Shown here: one piece after another, positions 36,994-38,674 of the stretch
How positions within the stretch are numbered: position 1 is the stretch's first letter
Layout of the letters: every line of letters begins with the position of its first letter
Assembly: GCA_035273365.1 (NCBI GenBank)
Contig: DATEPD010000177.1
Location: forward strand, 1-38,674
Source of the DNA: Nitrospiraceae bacterium
GTDB taxonomy: Bacteria; Nitrospirota; Nitrospiria; Nitrospirales; Nitrospiraceae
Direction: 5' to 3'
Length of the DNA: 38,674 nt
Program-made: the position numbers and the translations under genes
The notes under the pieces: model-generated
Database searches by the model: none
What the model saw: only the letters and a program-made list of their open reading frames with translations
What the model was told of the DNA's origin: nothing

Positions 36994-38674
36994 CTACTCC
37001 TTCACTAAGGCCAAAATCCCGGTGGGAGGCCGACCGGCTTTTTGTATTCGCAATTGATTCACTTGTCCATTCAACACCCGCGCATCCTCCACACGACCTT
37101 CCCGTTCGGCAGCTTTGAGTTGCGTAATCAGATCTCGAAGCGCCGCGTCAGCCCGCTTCCGGTCCAACGTCTCTAAACACCCGGCGACGTGAGCCTTCAC
37201 GTCGTCGAAATGGTCTTCGCGCATGGACAGCTCAGTCGCCAGTGATCCGCAATCTGGATGATCAGCCACCGCATCCAGCAACAACTTGAGCCCGACCCGG
37301 CCATCTCGATCAAGGTGATTCAGCGCCGCCTCGATGAGGAACCGACAAGCAGGAACGGAGAAGACCTCGGGCCGCAGGCGTTGCACATCGGCCGGAGTCA
37401 GATGTCCATGCAGCAGCAAGTACACCAGATCCCGCTCTTCGCTCGCACCCTTGAACGTCGCCGGTATGGCCCCAGCCGATTGAACCGTCGCCGGTCGACG
37501 TCTCTCCGACTGGACCAATGCCGGATACCGCTCGATCAATCGTTGCTGGCTGATCCCCAGTCGTTCGGCAACTATGCGAATCCGTTCCTCTCGTTCGATT
37601 GGATGCTCGCTCTTTTGCAGAATCCGCAGCACATCGTCCACGCTGCGGATACGCTCTTCGATCGTATGGGACTCCGCCGTGTTCAAACAATGCTCGAGGG
37701 AAAAATCCAAGAGGCTCGGAGACTGCTCTTCCAACCGAGCGAAGGCCTCCGGCCCTTCCTTCCGCACATAGGTATCTGGGTCCTCCCCAGCCGGCAATGT
37801 GACGACTTTCACACCGATCCCACTGTTCACAAACAGATCAAGTCCCCGAAGTGCTGCACGAACCCCCGCCTGATCTGGATCGAACAACAGCACAACCTTC
37901 GAGGCAAACCGTCTCAGCACCTGAATATGCTCCGGCGTCAATGCAGTCCCTAGGGTTGCGACCGTATGGGTCAGTCCAGCTTGGTGAAGCGCGACGACGT
38001 CAAAATACCCTTCGACCACAATCACAGTCTTCAGGCGAGCGATTGCTTCCCGCGCAAGATCCAACGCGTAGAGCGTCTGCCCTTTCTTGAACAAGAGCGT
38101 ATCCGGTGAATTCAGGTACTTCGGAGTCCCCTCACCGAGGATACGCCCTCCAAAACCGACAACCCGTTTACGCAAATCCGTAATAGGAAACATCACACGA
38201 GCGCGGAAACGATCATACGCGCCAGACGCATGTTCACGCGCCACCGTCAATCCCGCTGTGGCCAAATCACTCTGAGCAAAACCCTGTTTGCTCAGAGCCT
38301 TGATGAGCCCATCCCACTCAGGTGGTGCACATCCAATTTCAAATCGATCGATCGTCCCAGAACGAATGCCACGGCTGGCCAAGTAGTCGCGTGCCGTCGC
38401 ACCCGTCACACCATCCCCCAAATTTTGTTGGAACCACGCCGTTACCGCTCGATTGATCTGTTCAAGGCGGCTCGCTTGAGCCGCTTGAGGCCCTGCGCTC
38501 GGCCCGCTGTCCGGCACGTCAATCCCGAACTTACGTCCGAGCTCGCGGACCGTCTCAGGAAAATTCGCGCCGGTGATCCGCATCAAAAAAGTAAACACAT
38601 TGCCGCCCGCACCGCATCCGAAACAATGAAAGATCTGGCGGGAAGGACTGACTGTGAAGGAGGGCGATTTTTCC
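36994..38674 (-). CDS. dnaG: DNA primase (5' end truncated by the window edge)
   Basis: Toprim [13 protein letters not shown] and an RNA polymerase core domain. The frame stays open upstream of the track ATG (38598). There it encodes ...[31 protein letters not shown], which is the primase zinc finger. The stop lies 2 nt before the rpoD ATG. Confidence 0.95.
   Translation of the reverse strand, partial: EKSPSFTVSPSRQIFHCFGCGAGGNVFTFLMRITGANFPETVRELGRKFGIDVPDSGPSAGPQAAQASRLEQINRAVTAWFQQNLGDGVTGATARDYLASRGIRSGTIDRFEIGCAPPEWDGLIKALSKQGFAQSDLATAGLTVAREHASGAYDRFRARVMFPITDLRKRVVGFGGRILGEGTPKYLNSPDTLLFKKGQTLYALDLAREAIARLKTVIVVEGYFDVVALHQAGLTHTVATLGTALTPEHIQVLRRFASKVVLLFDPDQAGVRAALRGLDLFVNSGIGVKVVTLPAGEDPDTYVRKEGPEAFARLEEQSPSLLDFSLEHCLNTAESHTIEERIRSVDDVLRILQKSEHPIEREERIRIVAERLGISQQRLIERYPALVQSERRRPATVQSAGAIPATFKGASEERDLVYLLLHGHLTPADVQRLRPEVFSVPACRFLIEAALNHLDRDGRVGLKLLLDAVADHPDCGSLATELSMREDHFDDVKAHVAGCLETLDRKRADAALRDLITQLKAAEREGRVEDARVLNGQVNQLRIQKAGRPPTGILALVKE

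Overview
This 38.7 kb window is mostly core housekeeping genes, and about 33 kb of it (5.2-38.7 kb) is transcribed almost entirely from the minus strand. I see no CRISPR array, transposase, integrase, toxin-antitoxin pair or recognisable defence genes.

Gene content, from high to low coordinates:
- Macromolecular-synthesis block: dnaG (5' end cut by the window edge), rpoD, then a tRNA(CAU) with its own promoter.
- A COG1579 zinc-ribbon protein, a short RNase HIII-like gene, an M48 peptidase, and RNase P RNA (rnpB).
- A long branched-chain amino-acid array: ilvB-ilvN-ilvC-psd-pssA-[Leu T-box leader]-leuA-cupin-leuB-NHL propeller-asd-DUF2905-SpoIID-queA.
- A cell-shape and nucleic-acid block: RDD-mreB-mreC-mreD-mrdA-rodA-rng-dprA-topA, followed by bfr.
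- Only the first ~5.2 kb looks accessory. It is plus-strand: lipoprotein, secreted FMN-binding protein, His-rich 4-TM protein, stand-alone HD-GYP, and a lipoprotein di-haem cytochrome c peroxidase.

The synteny and the T-box in front of leuA remind me of Nitrospirota or deltaproteobacterial-type genomes. That is a guess from memory, not a verified assignment.

I did not find a convincing novel multi-gene system. The observations most worth a second look:
1. A 133-nt palindrome at the window edge that mirrors the first gene's start codon.
2. The lipoprotein / FMN-binding / His-rich membrane triad.
3. A ~0.8 kb gap with no annotation (4396-5213). It holds a heavily structured RNA segment ending in a strong terminator, then sequence with coding-like 3-periodicity.
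4. A textbook Leu T-box sitting inside an operon.
5. rnpB overlapping the 3' end of a convergent CDS.

All calls come from reading the sequence and ORF translations. No searches were run.
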